Source: Candidatus Omnitrophota bacterium
GTDB taxonomy: Bacteria; Omnitrophota; Gorgyraeia; Duberdicusellales; Duberdicusellaceae
NCBI GenBank assembly: GCA_021163425.1
Contig: JAGGWS010000072.1
Location: 6,582 to 70,581, forward strand
Direction: 5' to 3'
Length of the DNA stretch: 64,000 bases
The translations under genes and the position numbers were made by a program. The notes under the pieces were generated by a model. It saw nothing but the letters and a program-made list of their open reading frames with translations. It searched no databases and had not been told where the DNA came from. Each line of letters starts with the position of its first letter. The first letter of the stretch is position 1. This document shows, piece after piece, positions 9,740 to 18,442 of the stretch.

Positions 9740-11054
9740 TTTAATTATGGAGTTAAAAATCCCTATCTTACAGTTAGCCTTAGATTTTTTAAACTTAGAG
9801 AGAGCTCTTAAGATAGCTAAAGAAGCAGTAAAGGCTGGAGTGGACTGGTTAGAAGCAGGCACTCCTCTAATTAAGAGTGAAGGTTTAGATGCTTTAAGAG
9901 CTTTAAGAAAAGAATTTCCCAAAGTCACTTTAGTTGCTGATGTTAAAACTATTGATGTAGGAAGAATAGAAGTAGAAGCCTGTGCTAAGGCAGGAGCAGA
10001 TATTGTTTGTGTTTTAGGATTAGCTTCTGATTCTACTCTTAAAGAATGTATCCGGGCAGGGAAAAATTACGGAGCAAAAATTTGGGTTGATTTAATAGAA
10101 GTAAAAGAAGAAGAGTTAGAGAAAAGAGCAAGAGAGGCTGAAATTATAGGTGCTGATTTTGTAGGAGTTCACACTTCTATTGATGAGCAGATGCAGGGAA
10201 AAGACCCTTTTTTAGGGTTAAAGAAGGTAGTAAAAGCAGTAAATATTCCGGTAGGAGTAGCCGGCGGCATAAATTCAGAAACAGCTTATCAGGCAGTTAA
10301 ATCAGGAGCAAGTATTATAGTAGTAGGGGGTTCAATAACTAAGGCTAAATCTCCTTTTAAGGAAGCAAAGAAAATTAAAGAAGCTCTGTTTGAAAAGAAA
10401 AAGATAAAGAGCGAGTTCTTTAAAAGGGTAAGACTTACGGAAGTAGAAAAGATTTTAAAGAAAGTTTCTACTCCCAATATTTCTGATGCTCTCCACAGGA
10501 GTGGAGAGGTAGAGACCCTTTTCCCTTTATTTTCCGGGATAAAGATAGCAGGTAAGGTTTTAACAGTGAGGACTTATCCCGGAGACTGGGCAAAGCCAGT
10601 AGAGGCAGTAGATTTAGCTGATAAAGGTGATGTTTTGGTTATAGATGCTGGAGGTCAGCCTCCAGCAGTTTGGGGAGAGTTGGCTACTCACGGAGCTCTT
10701 CAGAAGGGGCTTTCGGGGGTAGTAATAAATGGGGGAGTTCGCGATACTAAAGAAATCAAGAAGTTGAAGTTCCCAGTATTTACTAAGTTGATTACTCCTA
10801 CTGCTGGCGAGCCTAAGGGTTTGGGAGAAATAGGAGTGCCTTTAGTAATTGAAGGAGTGAGAATTGAGACTGGAGATTATATAGTAGGTGATGATGATGG
10901 TTTAGTAGTCATTCCTAAGAATATTCTAATAGAGACCACTAATCGGGCAATGGGTATTTTAGAACAGGAAAATAGATTGAGAGAAGAAATAGACCAAGGT
11001 TCAACTTTAGCTAAAGTTATTGAACTTTTGAGGTGGGAGAAGAAGAAAAGTTAA
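9729..11054 (+). CDS. Fusion of 3-hexulose-6-phosphate synthase (OMPDC-family HPS) and an RraA-like domain (bifunctional HPS/ribonuclease-regulator type)
   Basis: The N-terminal ~210 aa are ELKIPILQLALDFLNLERALKIAKEAVKAGVDWLEAGTPLIK...VAGGIN (HPS/KGPDC). The C-terminal ~220 aa are ISDALHRSGEV...DAGG...INGGVRDTKEI...GDYIVGDDDGLVVIP (RraA/MenG fold). Confidence 0.7.
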   Translation: MENSLIMELKIPILQLALDFLNLERALKIAKEAVKAGVDWLEAGTPLIKSEGLDALRALRKEFPKVTLVADVKTIDVGRIEVEACAKAGADIVCVLGLASDSTLKECIRAGKNYGAKIWVDLIEVKEEELEKRAREAEIIGADFVGVHTSIDEQMQGKDPFLGLKKVVKAVNIPVGVAGGINSETAYQAVKSGASIIVVGGSITKAKSPFKEAKKIKEALFEKKKIKSEFFKRVRLTEVEKILKKVSTPNISDALHRSGEVETLFPLFSGIKIAGKVLTVRTYPGDWAKPVEAVDLADKGDVLVIDAGGQPPAVWGELATHGALQKGLSGVVINGGVRDTKEIKKLKFPVFTKLITPTAGEPKGLGEIGVPLVIEGVRIETGDYIVGDDDGLVVIPKNILIETTNRAMGILEQENRLREEIDQGSTLAKVIELLRWEKKKS

Positions 11055-11168
11055 TTCATTAGCAAAAAAGAAAAGGAAGAATTAGCTGATATTTTTACAA
11101 AGGGATAAATGGGGTTAGATTTGCTTTTAAAATAGACCCGGTTAATATAAGCTTCAGGGTTAAATAAC

Positions 11169-11197
11169 TTGACTATTTAGAGGGGTTGTGGTAAGAT
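11169..11197 (+). promoter_or_regulatory. Sigma70-like promoter TTGACT-17-TAAGAT for the OmpA-family lipoprotein gene
   Basis: TTGACT at 11169-74, a 17-nt spacer, then TAAGAT at 11192-97. It overlaps the ORF-track start at 11196, which argues that the real start is the downstream ATG at 11220. Confidence 0.4.
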
Positions 11198-11219
11198 GTT
11201 GGCAAATAAGGGGTGGATT

Positions 11220-11861
11220 ATGAAGTATTTTAGGATATTTAGCGTAATAAGTGTTTGTTTATTAGTTATTACTTATCTATCAGGATGTGCTTTAGTGATT
11301 CAGAAGGGTCGGCGTTCAGATTTAGAAAAGATAAAGCAGTTAGAGCAAGAGTTAACTGAGCTTAGGTCTGCGAAGAGTTTGTTAGAGGAAAGGTTTTCTA
11401 AAGAGATAAAAGATAAAGAAGTAAAACTTAAGATGGAAGAGAGAGGTTTAGTTATTACGGTTTTAGCAGAGGTTCTTTTTGATTCGGGGAAGACTGAGCT
11501 TCGTCAGGAGAGTTTTCCTATATTAGATAAGGTGGCTAAAATTTTAAAGGAGGAACTTAGAAGTCATAATGTGGGCATAGAAGGTCATACTGATAATCAG
11601 CCTATAAAATATTCGGGCTGGAAATCTAACTGGGAGTTATCTACTCACCGGGCTCTAAGTGTTTTACATTATTTGGAGGAGAAAGGAATAAGTCCTGCTC
11701 GTCTCTCAGCTATTGGTTATGGAGAATATAGGCCGGTAGCTTCCAATGATACTCCTGAAGGAAGGCAGTTAAATCGTCGGGTAGAAATAGTAGTCCTTCC
11801 TCGTTTGGTAAAAAAATTAGAGATGGAAAAACCAGAATCCAAAGAAGAGATTTTTAAGTAA
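11220..11861 (+). CDS. OmpA-family (Pal/MotB-like) peptidoglycan-binding lipoprotein with coiled-coil linker
   Basis: From the ATG at 11220 it reads MKYFRIFSVISVCLLVITYLSGC. This has a lipobox L-S-G-C. The AAGGGGTGG RBS sits 8 nt upstream. The C-terminal OmpA domain contains NRRVEIVV. The ORF-track start at 11196 lies inside the predicted -10. Confidence 0.75.
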   Translation: MKYFRIFSVISVCLLVITYLSGCALVIQKGRRSDLEKIKQLEQELTELRSAKSLLEERFSKEIKDKEVKLKMEERGLVITVLAEVLFDSGKTELRQESFPILDKVAKILKEELRSHNVGIEGHTDNQPIKYSGWKSNWELSTHRALSVLHYLEEKGISPARLSAIGYGEYRPVASNDTPEGRQLNRRVEIVVLPRLVKKLEMEKPESKEEIFK

Positions 11862-11950
11862 ACCCCGACTACGGCTTAACTCTCTGTCTGGAGAGGGTGT
11901 AAGCGTGGCTTTCTAATGGTGCGGGGTAAAAATTTAAGGAGGTAGGTTAG

Positions 11951-12298
11951 ATGAGGGATTCGTCAATTTTAGGATTTTTAGCAGGGGTTATTGTACTTTT
12001 ATTAATTGTGGTTTTCTCTTTAGGCTATCAGCTTAATAAGGCTCATAAATATTCTTCTAGAGAAAAAAGTTTGAGGATAAAGGCAGAAGAAAGAGTAGAC
12101 AGTTTAGAAAAGGAAAAAGGCAATCTCTTAAAGAAAATAGAGAATTTAGAAAACCAACTTAATTCTACCAAGGAAGTTTTAGCCTCTAAAGAGAAGGTAA
12201 TTGGAGAATTAAAGTTAGAGATAGAAAAATTAAAGAGATTAAAGGCGAAATTAGAGGAAAATCTAAGTGAAGAATTAATAAAAAGGGATACTCCTTAA
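11951..12298 (+). CDS. Small membrane-anchored coiled-coil protein (FtsB/DivIC-like topology), function unknown
   Basis: There is a single N-terminal TM (ILGFLAGVIVLLLIVVFSLGY) and then a ~80-aa heptad-rich coiled coil. I see no catalytic motif. Confidence 0.5.
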   Translation: MRDSSILGFLAGVIVLLLIVVFSLGYQLNKAHKYSSREKSLRIKAEERVDSLEKEKGNLLKKIENLENQLNSTKEVLASKEKVIGELKLEIEKLKRLKAKLEENLSEELIKRDTP

Positions 12299-12336
12299 GG
12301 AGAGAAGTTACTTCTTTTTTATTGATTTCTGGAAGA

Positions 12337-12360
12337 AGGGGCTGGAGAGCCCCTTTTTTT
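12337..12360 (+). terminator. Rho-independent terminator
   Basis: The hairpin GGGGCTGGAGAGCCCC (12337-12352) is followed by T8 (12353-12360), just downstream of the 11951-12298 CDS. Confidence 0.8.
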
Positions 12361-12367
12361 GTAGAAG

Positions 12368-13075
12368 ATGGCTTTTCCTGAGCATGTAGGGATAATTATG
12401 GATGGAAATGGACGCTGGGCTAAAAGGAGGGGTTTGCCCAGGAATTTTGGTCATCGCAAAGGAATAGAAAATGTAGAGAGGATTTCTAAATATGCCCAGA
12501 AGAAGGGGGTAAAAATTCTGAGCTTATTTGCTTTTTCTACTGAAAACTGGAAGAGGCCTAAGCAAGAAGTTGATTTTTTATTTTCCTATTTAGAAGAATA
12601 CTTAATAAAAAATAAGCAGGAAATGAAAGATAGAGGAGTGGGTTTGAATGTAATGGGAAGAAGAGAGGGTTTACCCCTGAGTTTAGTAAGTCAGATAGAA
12701 GAAGCAGTAATACTTACAAAAGATAATAAAGATTTTATTCTGAATATAGCTTTAAATTACGGAGGAAGAGCTGAAATTGTAGACGCTGTAAATAGTATCA
12801 TTTTAGATTATCAAGAAAAAAAATTTAACTTACCTCTAAATGAAGATAAGTTTAAAAGTTATCTCTATAGCCCTTTTATTTCTGACTTAGATTTATTGAT
12901 TAGAACTGCGGGAGAAGAGAGAATCAGTAATTTTTTTCTCTGGAGGTTAGCTTACTCTGAACTCTATTTTACTGAGACTTTGTGGCCAGATTTTAATGAA
13001 GTTGATTTTGATAAAGCTTTGGAGGCTTTTTCTCAGAGAAAGAGGAGGTTTGGAGGGTTGAGGGATGGTGGCTAA
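12368..13075 (+). CDS. uppS: Undecaprenyl diphosphate synthase
   Basis: HVGIIMDGNGRWAKRRGLPR and the ...ERISNFFLWRLAYSELYF cis-prenyltransferase motifs. Confidence 0.9.
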   Translation: MAFPEHVGIIMDGNGRWAKRRGLPRNFGHRKGIENVERISKYAQKKGVKILSLFAFSTENWKRPKQEVDFLFSYLEEYLIKNKQEMKDRGVGLNVMGRREGLPLSLVSQIEEAVILTKDNKDFILNIALNYGGRAEIVDAVNSIILDYQEKKFNLPLNEDKFKSYLYSPFISDLDLLIRTAGEERISNFFLWRLAYSELYFTETLWPDFNEVDFDKALEAFSQRKRRFGGLRDGG

Positions 13076-13889
13076 GAGGATTAGAAGTAGTTTAGCCTTA
13101 ATAGGGATAACTGTTCTTTCTATAATTTTTAGACCTCTATGTCTTTTAACAGTTCTTCTCTTTATTCTTATCGGGCTTTGGGAATTCTTCTTGATGATTG
13201 AGAAAAAGAAGGTAAGGCTGTTTAAGTTTTTTGGGCTGATATTGGGTGCTTTTATCCCTATTTCTATATTTTTTCAATTTCCTATCACCCGTGAATGGCA
13301 ATTATTTTTAGTACTCTGTGGTTTGTTTATACTTTTCTTGTTGGAGTTGACTCGCAAAGAAAATCAGGATACGGTTCTTTCTATTTCAGCAACAGTTTTT
13401 GGAGTTTTATATGTTTCTTGGTGTTTTAGCTTTATCTTAAGAATTAGAAATTTAGAAGGAGGAGTCTTTCTTTTAGGATTTTTGATTTTAGTAGTTAAAG
13501 CCCAGGATTTAGGAGCTTATATTATAGGTAGTCTTTGGGGAAGACACTCCTTACTAAAAAGAGTAAGCCCTAATAAATCTATAGAGGGAGCAATAGGAGG
13601 ATTAGTTTTTAGTGTAATATTTGCCTTGTTATTTAGAGCTTGGCTTGATAATTTTACTATTTTCCAAGTTATGGGACTGGGGTTAATTTTAGGAGTAGTT
13701 GGTCAGTTAGGAGATTTATTTGAGTCTTTGTTAAAGAGAGATTGCCAGGTTAAAGATTCAGGAAGGATTTTACAAGGTATGGGAGGAGTATTGGATATTA
13801 TTGATAGTTTAATTTTTTCTGCACCAGTATTTTATTTTTATATTACTATGTTTAAAAATATTTCCTTTTATCATCTTCTGTTCAAGTAA
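13065..13889 (+). CDS. cdsA: Phosphatidate cytidylyltransferase
   Basis: It is a polytopic membrane protein and carries the CDS signature region SLLKRDCQVKDSGRILQGMGGVLDIIDSLIF. Confidence 0.85.
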   Translation: MVAKRIRSSLALIGITVLSIIFRPLCLLTVLLFILIGLWEFFLMIEKKKVRLFKFFGLILGAFIPISIFFQFPITREWQLFLVLCGLFILFLLELTRKENQDTVLSISATVFGVLYVSWCFSFILRIRNLEGGVFLLGFLILVVKAQDLGAYIIGSLWGRHSLLKRVSPNKSIEGAIGGLVFSVIFALLFRAWLDNFTIFQVMGLGLILGVVGQLGDLFESLLKRDCQVKDSGRILQGMGGVLDIIDSLIFSAPVFYFYITMFKNISFYHLLFK

Positions 13890-13904
13890 AAAACAAAAAT
13901 AAGG

Positions 13905-15038
13905 ATGAAAAGAATAATTATTTTAGGTTCCACAGGTTCTATTGGGAGAGCTACTTTAAAGGTCGTAAAAGAAAATCTTGATAAGTTTGAAGTAATAGGC
14001 CTTTCAGCGAGAAAAAATACTTCTCTTCTTAATAAGCAGATAGAGGAATTTAGGCCTTCTTACGTAAGTATTTTAGATAAAGGAAAGGCTAAAGCTCTCA
14101 AAATTAATAAAGGCCTGAAGATATTAGCCGGAGAAGAAGGCTTAGAGGAACTCTCTAGGAAAGAATGTGATATTTTAGTTTTAGGAGTGCCTGGTCTTTC
14201 TGCCCTTAAGCCTTTGTTTTCTTGCTTGGGGAGAGCTAAAAAAGTTCTTTTAGCTAATAAAGAAGCAATTATCTCTGCAGGTGAGATTATAAAAGAGAGA
14301 GCGAAGAATGAGAATACTGAACTCTTTCCTGTAGATAGCGAAGCCTGGGCGGTATCTAATCTTCTTAAGAGAGAAGAGAGAGAAGATATTCTCTCTGTTT
14401 ATCTTACAGCTTCAGGAGGTCCTTTCTGGGATAAGCCTAAAGAGATTATTAAGAATGTTAAAGCTGAAGAGGCAATAAGACATCCAGTGTGGAAGATGGG
14501 CAAGAAAATCTCAGTAGATTCAGCCACCCTTATGAATAAGGGTTTTGAAGTGATAGAGATAAGGAGGTTATTTAATATAGACTCAGAAAATATAAAGATA
14601 CTTATTCATCCTCAATCAGTAGTCCATGCCTTTTTGGAAAAGAGAGATAAGAGCTTAATTTCCTGTATGTTTTATCCCGATATGAGAATACCTATTTCTT
14701 CAGGATTGGGAATAGATAATTTTTCTTTAAAAGGGAAGAAGCTTCTTTTAGATAAGATAAAAGGCTTAGAATTTTTTCTGCCTGATTATAAAAAATTTCC
14801 TCTACTTAATTTGGCTTATTTTGTAGCTAAAAAAGAAAAAAGTTTCCCTACAGTTTTAGTTTCTGCCGATGAGGAAGCGGTAGACTTTTATCTTAAGGAG
14901 AAAATTAGTTTTTCGGACATTCCTAAGATTATAGAAAGAGTAATTGCCAAGCATAAACCAGGAGAGATTACTTCTTTAGAAGATGTTTATTATTGGGAAG
15001 CTTGGGCTAAAGAAAAAGTAAAAGAATTAGTCTTCTAG
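13905..15038 (+). CDS. dxr: 1-deoxy-D-xylulose-5-phosphate reductoisomerase
   Basis: IIILGSTGSIGRATLKVV, ...ANKEAIISAG, and ...HPQSVVHAF. Confidence 0.9.
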   Translation: MKRIIILGSTGSIGRATLKVVKENLDKFEVIGLSARKNTSLLNKQIEEFRPSYVSILDKGKAKALKINKGLKILAGEEGLEELSRKECDILVLGVPGLSALKPLFSCLGRAKKVLLANKEAIISAGEIIKERAKNENTELFPVDSEAWAVSNLLKREEREDILSVYLTASGGPFWDKPKEIIKNVKAEEAIRHPVWKMGKKISVDSATLMNKGFEVIEIRRLFNIDSENIKILIHPQSVVHAFLEKRDKSLISCMFYPDMRIPISSGLGIDNFSLKGKKLLLDKIKGLEFFLPDYKKFPLLNLAYFVAKKEKSFPTVLVSADEEAVDFYLKEKISFSDIPKIIERVIAKHKPGEITSLEDVYYWEAWAKEKVKELVF

Positions 15039-15054
15039 ATTTAGTTTAAAAAGT

Positions 15055-16119
15055 ATGAGTGTGCTGATATTTATTCTTATTTTGGGAATTTTAGTAGTGG
15101 TTCACGAACTGGGGCATTTTCTTTTAGCTAAGGCTTCAGGAGTAAAAGTAGAAGTTTTCTCCATTGGGTTTGGGCCTCCCTTAGCTAAATTTAAGTTCAG
15201 AACATTTGACCTTTATATATCTCTTATTTTGTGGGGAGGTTATGTTAAGTTAGCTGGTTTTGAACACCAGGAGCATCAGGGAAAACCTTGGGAGTTTCTA
15301 TCTAAACCTTTAGGAGCAAGAGCTAAGATAATATTAGCTGGTCCTTTATTTAATTATTTATTTAGTTGGGTCTTATTCTGTCTTGTTTTCTTCACCGGCG
15401 TAGAATTTCCTTCTAACCGGGTGGGAAAACTTAAATCCGGCTGGCCAGCGGAAAAAGCCGGAATTAAAGAGCAGGATATAATCTTGGAAGTAGAGGGCAA
15501 ACCTACAAAAACCTGGCAGGATATAACTGAAATAGTTCATAATACTAACCTCAGACAGATGGAGGTAGTAGTTTTAAGAAATGGGGAAAAATTGAGATTT
15601 ACCATTACTCCTAAGAAAGAAGAAGTAAAAGACTTGTTGGGAAGAAAGAGAGCCTTTTCTTTTATCGGAATTTATCCTTCCCAAGAGGTGGTTAAGTTAA
15701 GATACTCTCCTTTAAAAGCGGTTATAAAGGGAAGTTTGAGTTTACTCAAACTCACTTTTCTTACTTTTAAGGCTTTATTCTATATAATAATAGGGGCTCT
15801 TCCCTTTAGAGAGACTCTTACCGGTCCTTTAGGTATATATTATATTACTAAGCAGGCTGTAAGCTGGGGGCTTTCTTCTGTGCTCCACCTTATGGCGGTT
15901 TTAAGTATGAGTTTGGCGATTTTTAATATTTTACCCTTGCCAGTTTTAGATGGAGGGCACCTTTTTCTCTTAGGCTTAGAGAAGATAAGAAGAAAACCTC
16001 TTTCATTGAAGACAGAGGAGATAATTACTAAGATAGGGATGTCTTTTATTTTTCTTTTAATATTCTTTGTTCTCTATAATGATATTGTAAGGTTTGGTTC
16101 TAAAATATTTAGTAAATAA
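15055..16119 (+). CDS. rseP: RIP site-2 zinc metalloprotease (RseP family) with one PDZ domain
   Basis: HELGHF for zinc binding, a PDZ domain (GIKEQDIILEVEG), and a C-terminal LDGG motif. Confidence 0.85.
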   Translation: MSVLIFILILGILVVVHELGHFLLAKASGVKVEVFSIGFGPPLAKFKFRTFDLYISLILWGGYVKLAGFEHQEHQGKPWEFLSKPLGARAKIILAGPLFNYLFSWVLFCLVFFTGVEFPSNRVGKLKSGWPAEKAGIKEQDIILEVEGKPTKTWQDITEIVHNTNLRQMEVVVLRNGEKLRFTITPKKEEVKDLLGRKRAFSFIGIYPSQEVVKLRYSPLKAVIKGSLSLLKLTFLTFKALFYIIIGALPFRETLTGPLGIYYITKQAVSWGLSSVLHLMAVLSMSLAIFNILPLPVLDGGHLFLLGLEKIRRKPLSLKTEEIITKIGMSFIFLLIFFVLYNDIVRFGSKIFSK

Positions 16120-17174
16120 TGGAGAAAAAAGTTATAAGAGTAGGTAATTTAAAATTAGGAGGCAAAAATCCTATAGTTATAAAAGGAATGATTAAGTCTT
16201 CCTTAGAAGATAACAAAAACTTTTTAAAAGAGGTTAAACTCCTTAAACAAGAAGGTTGCCAAATCTTGAGGGTAGCTATAGAAAAAGAGGGAGATTTAAA
16301 GGTAATAGACTGGTTGAGAAATTTAATAGATGTCCCTTTAGAAGCAGATATTCACTTTAACTATAGGTTAGCTCTCTCAGCTTTAGAGAAGGGTGTAGAT
16401 TGTTTAAGATTAAACCCTTTAAATATCTATAGAAAACCTCAGCTAACAAAGATTGCAAAGCTGGCTAAAGAAAAATCTACGCCTGTAAGAGTAGGTGTTA
16501 ATTCCGGAGGATTTAAAAAAAAGATGGGTAGCAGGGAATTAGCCCAGGCTATGGTTAAGAAGATCTTTTCTTATGTAGAATTTTTGGAGAGTTTAGACTT
16601 TAGGAAAATAATGGTTTCAGCTAAGGCTGATTCTTGTTTAGCTACAATTTTAGCTAATCAGATTCTTTATAAGAAGTTGCCTTACCCCATTCATTTAGGT
16701 TTAACTGCTACTGGCCCTCTTTATGAGGGTTTAATAAAAAGTTCTCTTACTCTGGGGATTCTTATATATCAGGGTATAGGTTCAGCTATAAGAGTTTCTT
16801 TGAATTCTTCTTCTTGGGAGGAAGTAAGAACTGCTGGCTGGATACTCCAATCTTTAGGAAAAGGGCAATTTTATCCTGAAATAATATCCTGTCCTACTTG
16901 TTCGCGGTGTAAGGTAGATTTAAAGAAAAAGGTAGAGAAATTTAAAGAAATGGTTTATAAGAACAGAGATAGTCTGTATAATAAAAACATAAAAGTTGCT
17001 CTTATGGGCTGTGCAGTAAATGGCCCCGGAGAAGCAAGTACCTCAGACTTAGGCTTAGCTTTTGCTGGAAGGAGGGCCCTTCTTTTTAAGAGAGGTAAAA
17101 TAATTAAGGCTATTGAGGAGAAGGACTCTTTAGATACTCTTTGGTATTTTTTAAAAAGGAATTATGATGGATAA
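16119..17174 (+). CDS. ispG: 4-hydroxy-3-methylbut-2-enyl diphosphate synthase
   Basis: VGNLKLGGKNPIVIKGM... and the C-terminal CPTCSRC...MGCAVNGPGE Fe-S ligands. Confidence 0.9.
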   Translation: MEKKVIRVGNLKLGGKNPIVIKGMIKSSLEDNKNFLKEVKLLKQEGCQILRVAIEKEGDLKVIDWLRNLIDVPLEADIHFNYRLALSALEKGVDCLRLNPLNIYRKPQLTKIAKLAKEKSTPVRVGVNSGGFKKKMGSRELAQAMVKKIFSYVEFLESLDFRKIMVSAKADSCLATILANQILYKKLPYPIHLGLTATGPLYEGLIKSSLTLGILIYQGIGSAIRVSLNSSSWEEVRTAGWILQSLGKGQFYPEIISCPTCSRCKVDLKKKVEKFKEMVYKNRDSLYNKNIKVALMGCAVNGPGEASTSDLGLAFAGRRALLFKRGKIIKAIEEKDSLDTLWYFLKRNYDG

Positions 17175-18435
17175 AACTGAACTTAAAAAGATTCTCAGGG
17201 AAAGTTTATTTTTAAATTGGGGAAAAGATAGAAGTTCTTTTAGTGAAGAAGAGATAACCTTTAAAATGGAGGATATTTTTAAAAGTTTAAAGAAGGAAAG
17301 ACAGATAACTATCTCTGATAAAGATAAGGAGACTCTTATCTCAGAAATAATTAATGACGTGTTAGGGTGGGGTCCTCTTCAAAAGCTTATGGAGGATGAA
17401 GAAGTTACTGAAATTATGGTTAATGGCCCTTACCAGGTCTATGCAGAGAAAAAAGGTAAAAAGTTTTTAACTGAGGTTAAGTTTGATAATGAACAGCACC
17501 TTCGTTATATTATTGAGAAGATGATAAGACCTACTGGAAGAAGAGTAGATGAGTCTTTCCCTTATGTAGATTTTTCTTTGGAGAATGGCTCAAGGGTTAA
17601 TGTGATATTGCCTCCTTTATCTGTGGAAGGGCCTGCATTAACTATCAGAAAATTTTTGAAAAGAATAGAATCTTTGGAAGACTTAATAAACTTAGGGACA
17701 TTAGATGAAAAAATGGCTCATTTTCTTAAAGCTTGTATAAAAGCTAAAATCAATATGATTTTTTCTGGGGCCACTGGCGTGGGAAAGACTACCACTTTAG
17801 AAGCTTTATCTTCTTATATTGAGCCTTCAGAGAGAATTATAACTATTGAGGATGCTTTAGAATTACATCTTAGACAGGAGCATGTAGTAAGACTTTTAAC
17901 CCGGCTTCCTAATGTAGAGGGTAAAGGAGAAGTTACTATAAGAGATTTATTTATAAATACTTTAAGGATGAGGCCTTCCCGGATTATCTTAGGAGAAATA
18001 AGAGGCCAGGAAGCCTTAGATTTCCTTCAGGCTTCAAATAGTGGGCATAGGGGTATTTTGGCAGTAATCCATGCTTCTTCACCTGAAGATGTAGTTAGTA
18101 GGTTAGAGACAATGGTTTTTTATTCCGGAGTAAATCTGCCTGTTTGGGCAATCAGAAGGCAGATTACCCAGGGTTTAGAAGTAGTGGTTCAACAGGAGCA
18201 GCTGGTAGATGGCTCTCGAAAGATTACCCGGATAAGTGAGATTGTTGGTTTAGATTCTGAAGATAATATAATTATCAAGGATTTATTCTCTTTTACTCAA
18301 GAAGAGATAACTCCTCAGGGAGAAGTGAGAGGATTTTTTTCTCCTACAGGAGTTTTGCCTACTTTTTTATCTAAATTTGATAAGATGGGAGTTAAAGTGT
18401 CTAAAGAATTATTTGAACCAATAAATAAGAGTTAG
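17164..18435 (+). CDS. CpaF/TadA-family secretion ATPase (T2SS/T4P/T4SS ATPase superfamily)
   Basis: Walker A is FSGATGVGKTTTLEAL. Asp-box, Walker B, and His-box regions follow (IITIEDALEL...RPSRIILGEIRGQEA...SNSGHRGILAVIHASS). It overlaps ispG by 11 nt, and proS starts 8 nt after it. Confidence 0.8.
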   Translation: MMDKTELKKILRESLFLNWGKDRSSFSEEEITFKMEDIFKSLKKERQITISDKDKETLISEIINDVLGWGPLQKLMEDEEVTEIMVNGPYQVYAEKKGKKFLTEVKFDNEQHLRYIIEKMIRPTGRRVDESFPYVDFSLENGSRVNVILPPLSVEGPALTIRKFLKRIESLEDLINLGTLDEKMAHFLKACIKAKINMIFSGATGVGKTTTLEALSSYIEPSERIITIEDALELHLRQEHVVRLLTRLPNVEGKGEVTIRDLFINTLRMRPSRIILGEIRGQEALDFLQASNSGHRGILAVIHASSPEDVVSRLETMVFYSGVNLPVWAIRRQITQGLEVVVQQEQLVDGSRKITRISEIVGLDSEDNIIIKDLFSFTQEEITPQGEVRGFFSPTGVLPTFLSKFDKMGVKVSKELFEPINKS

Positions 18436-18442
18436 AATAAAA

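Noticed and set aside
11196-11219. ORF-track start (MLANKGWI) for the OmpA-family gene
   Set aside because: The ATG at 11196 lies inside the predicted -10 hexamer. The downstream ATG at 11220 has a good RBS and yields a canonical lipoprotein signal peptide, so I used that start.
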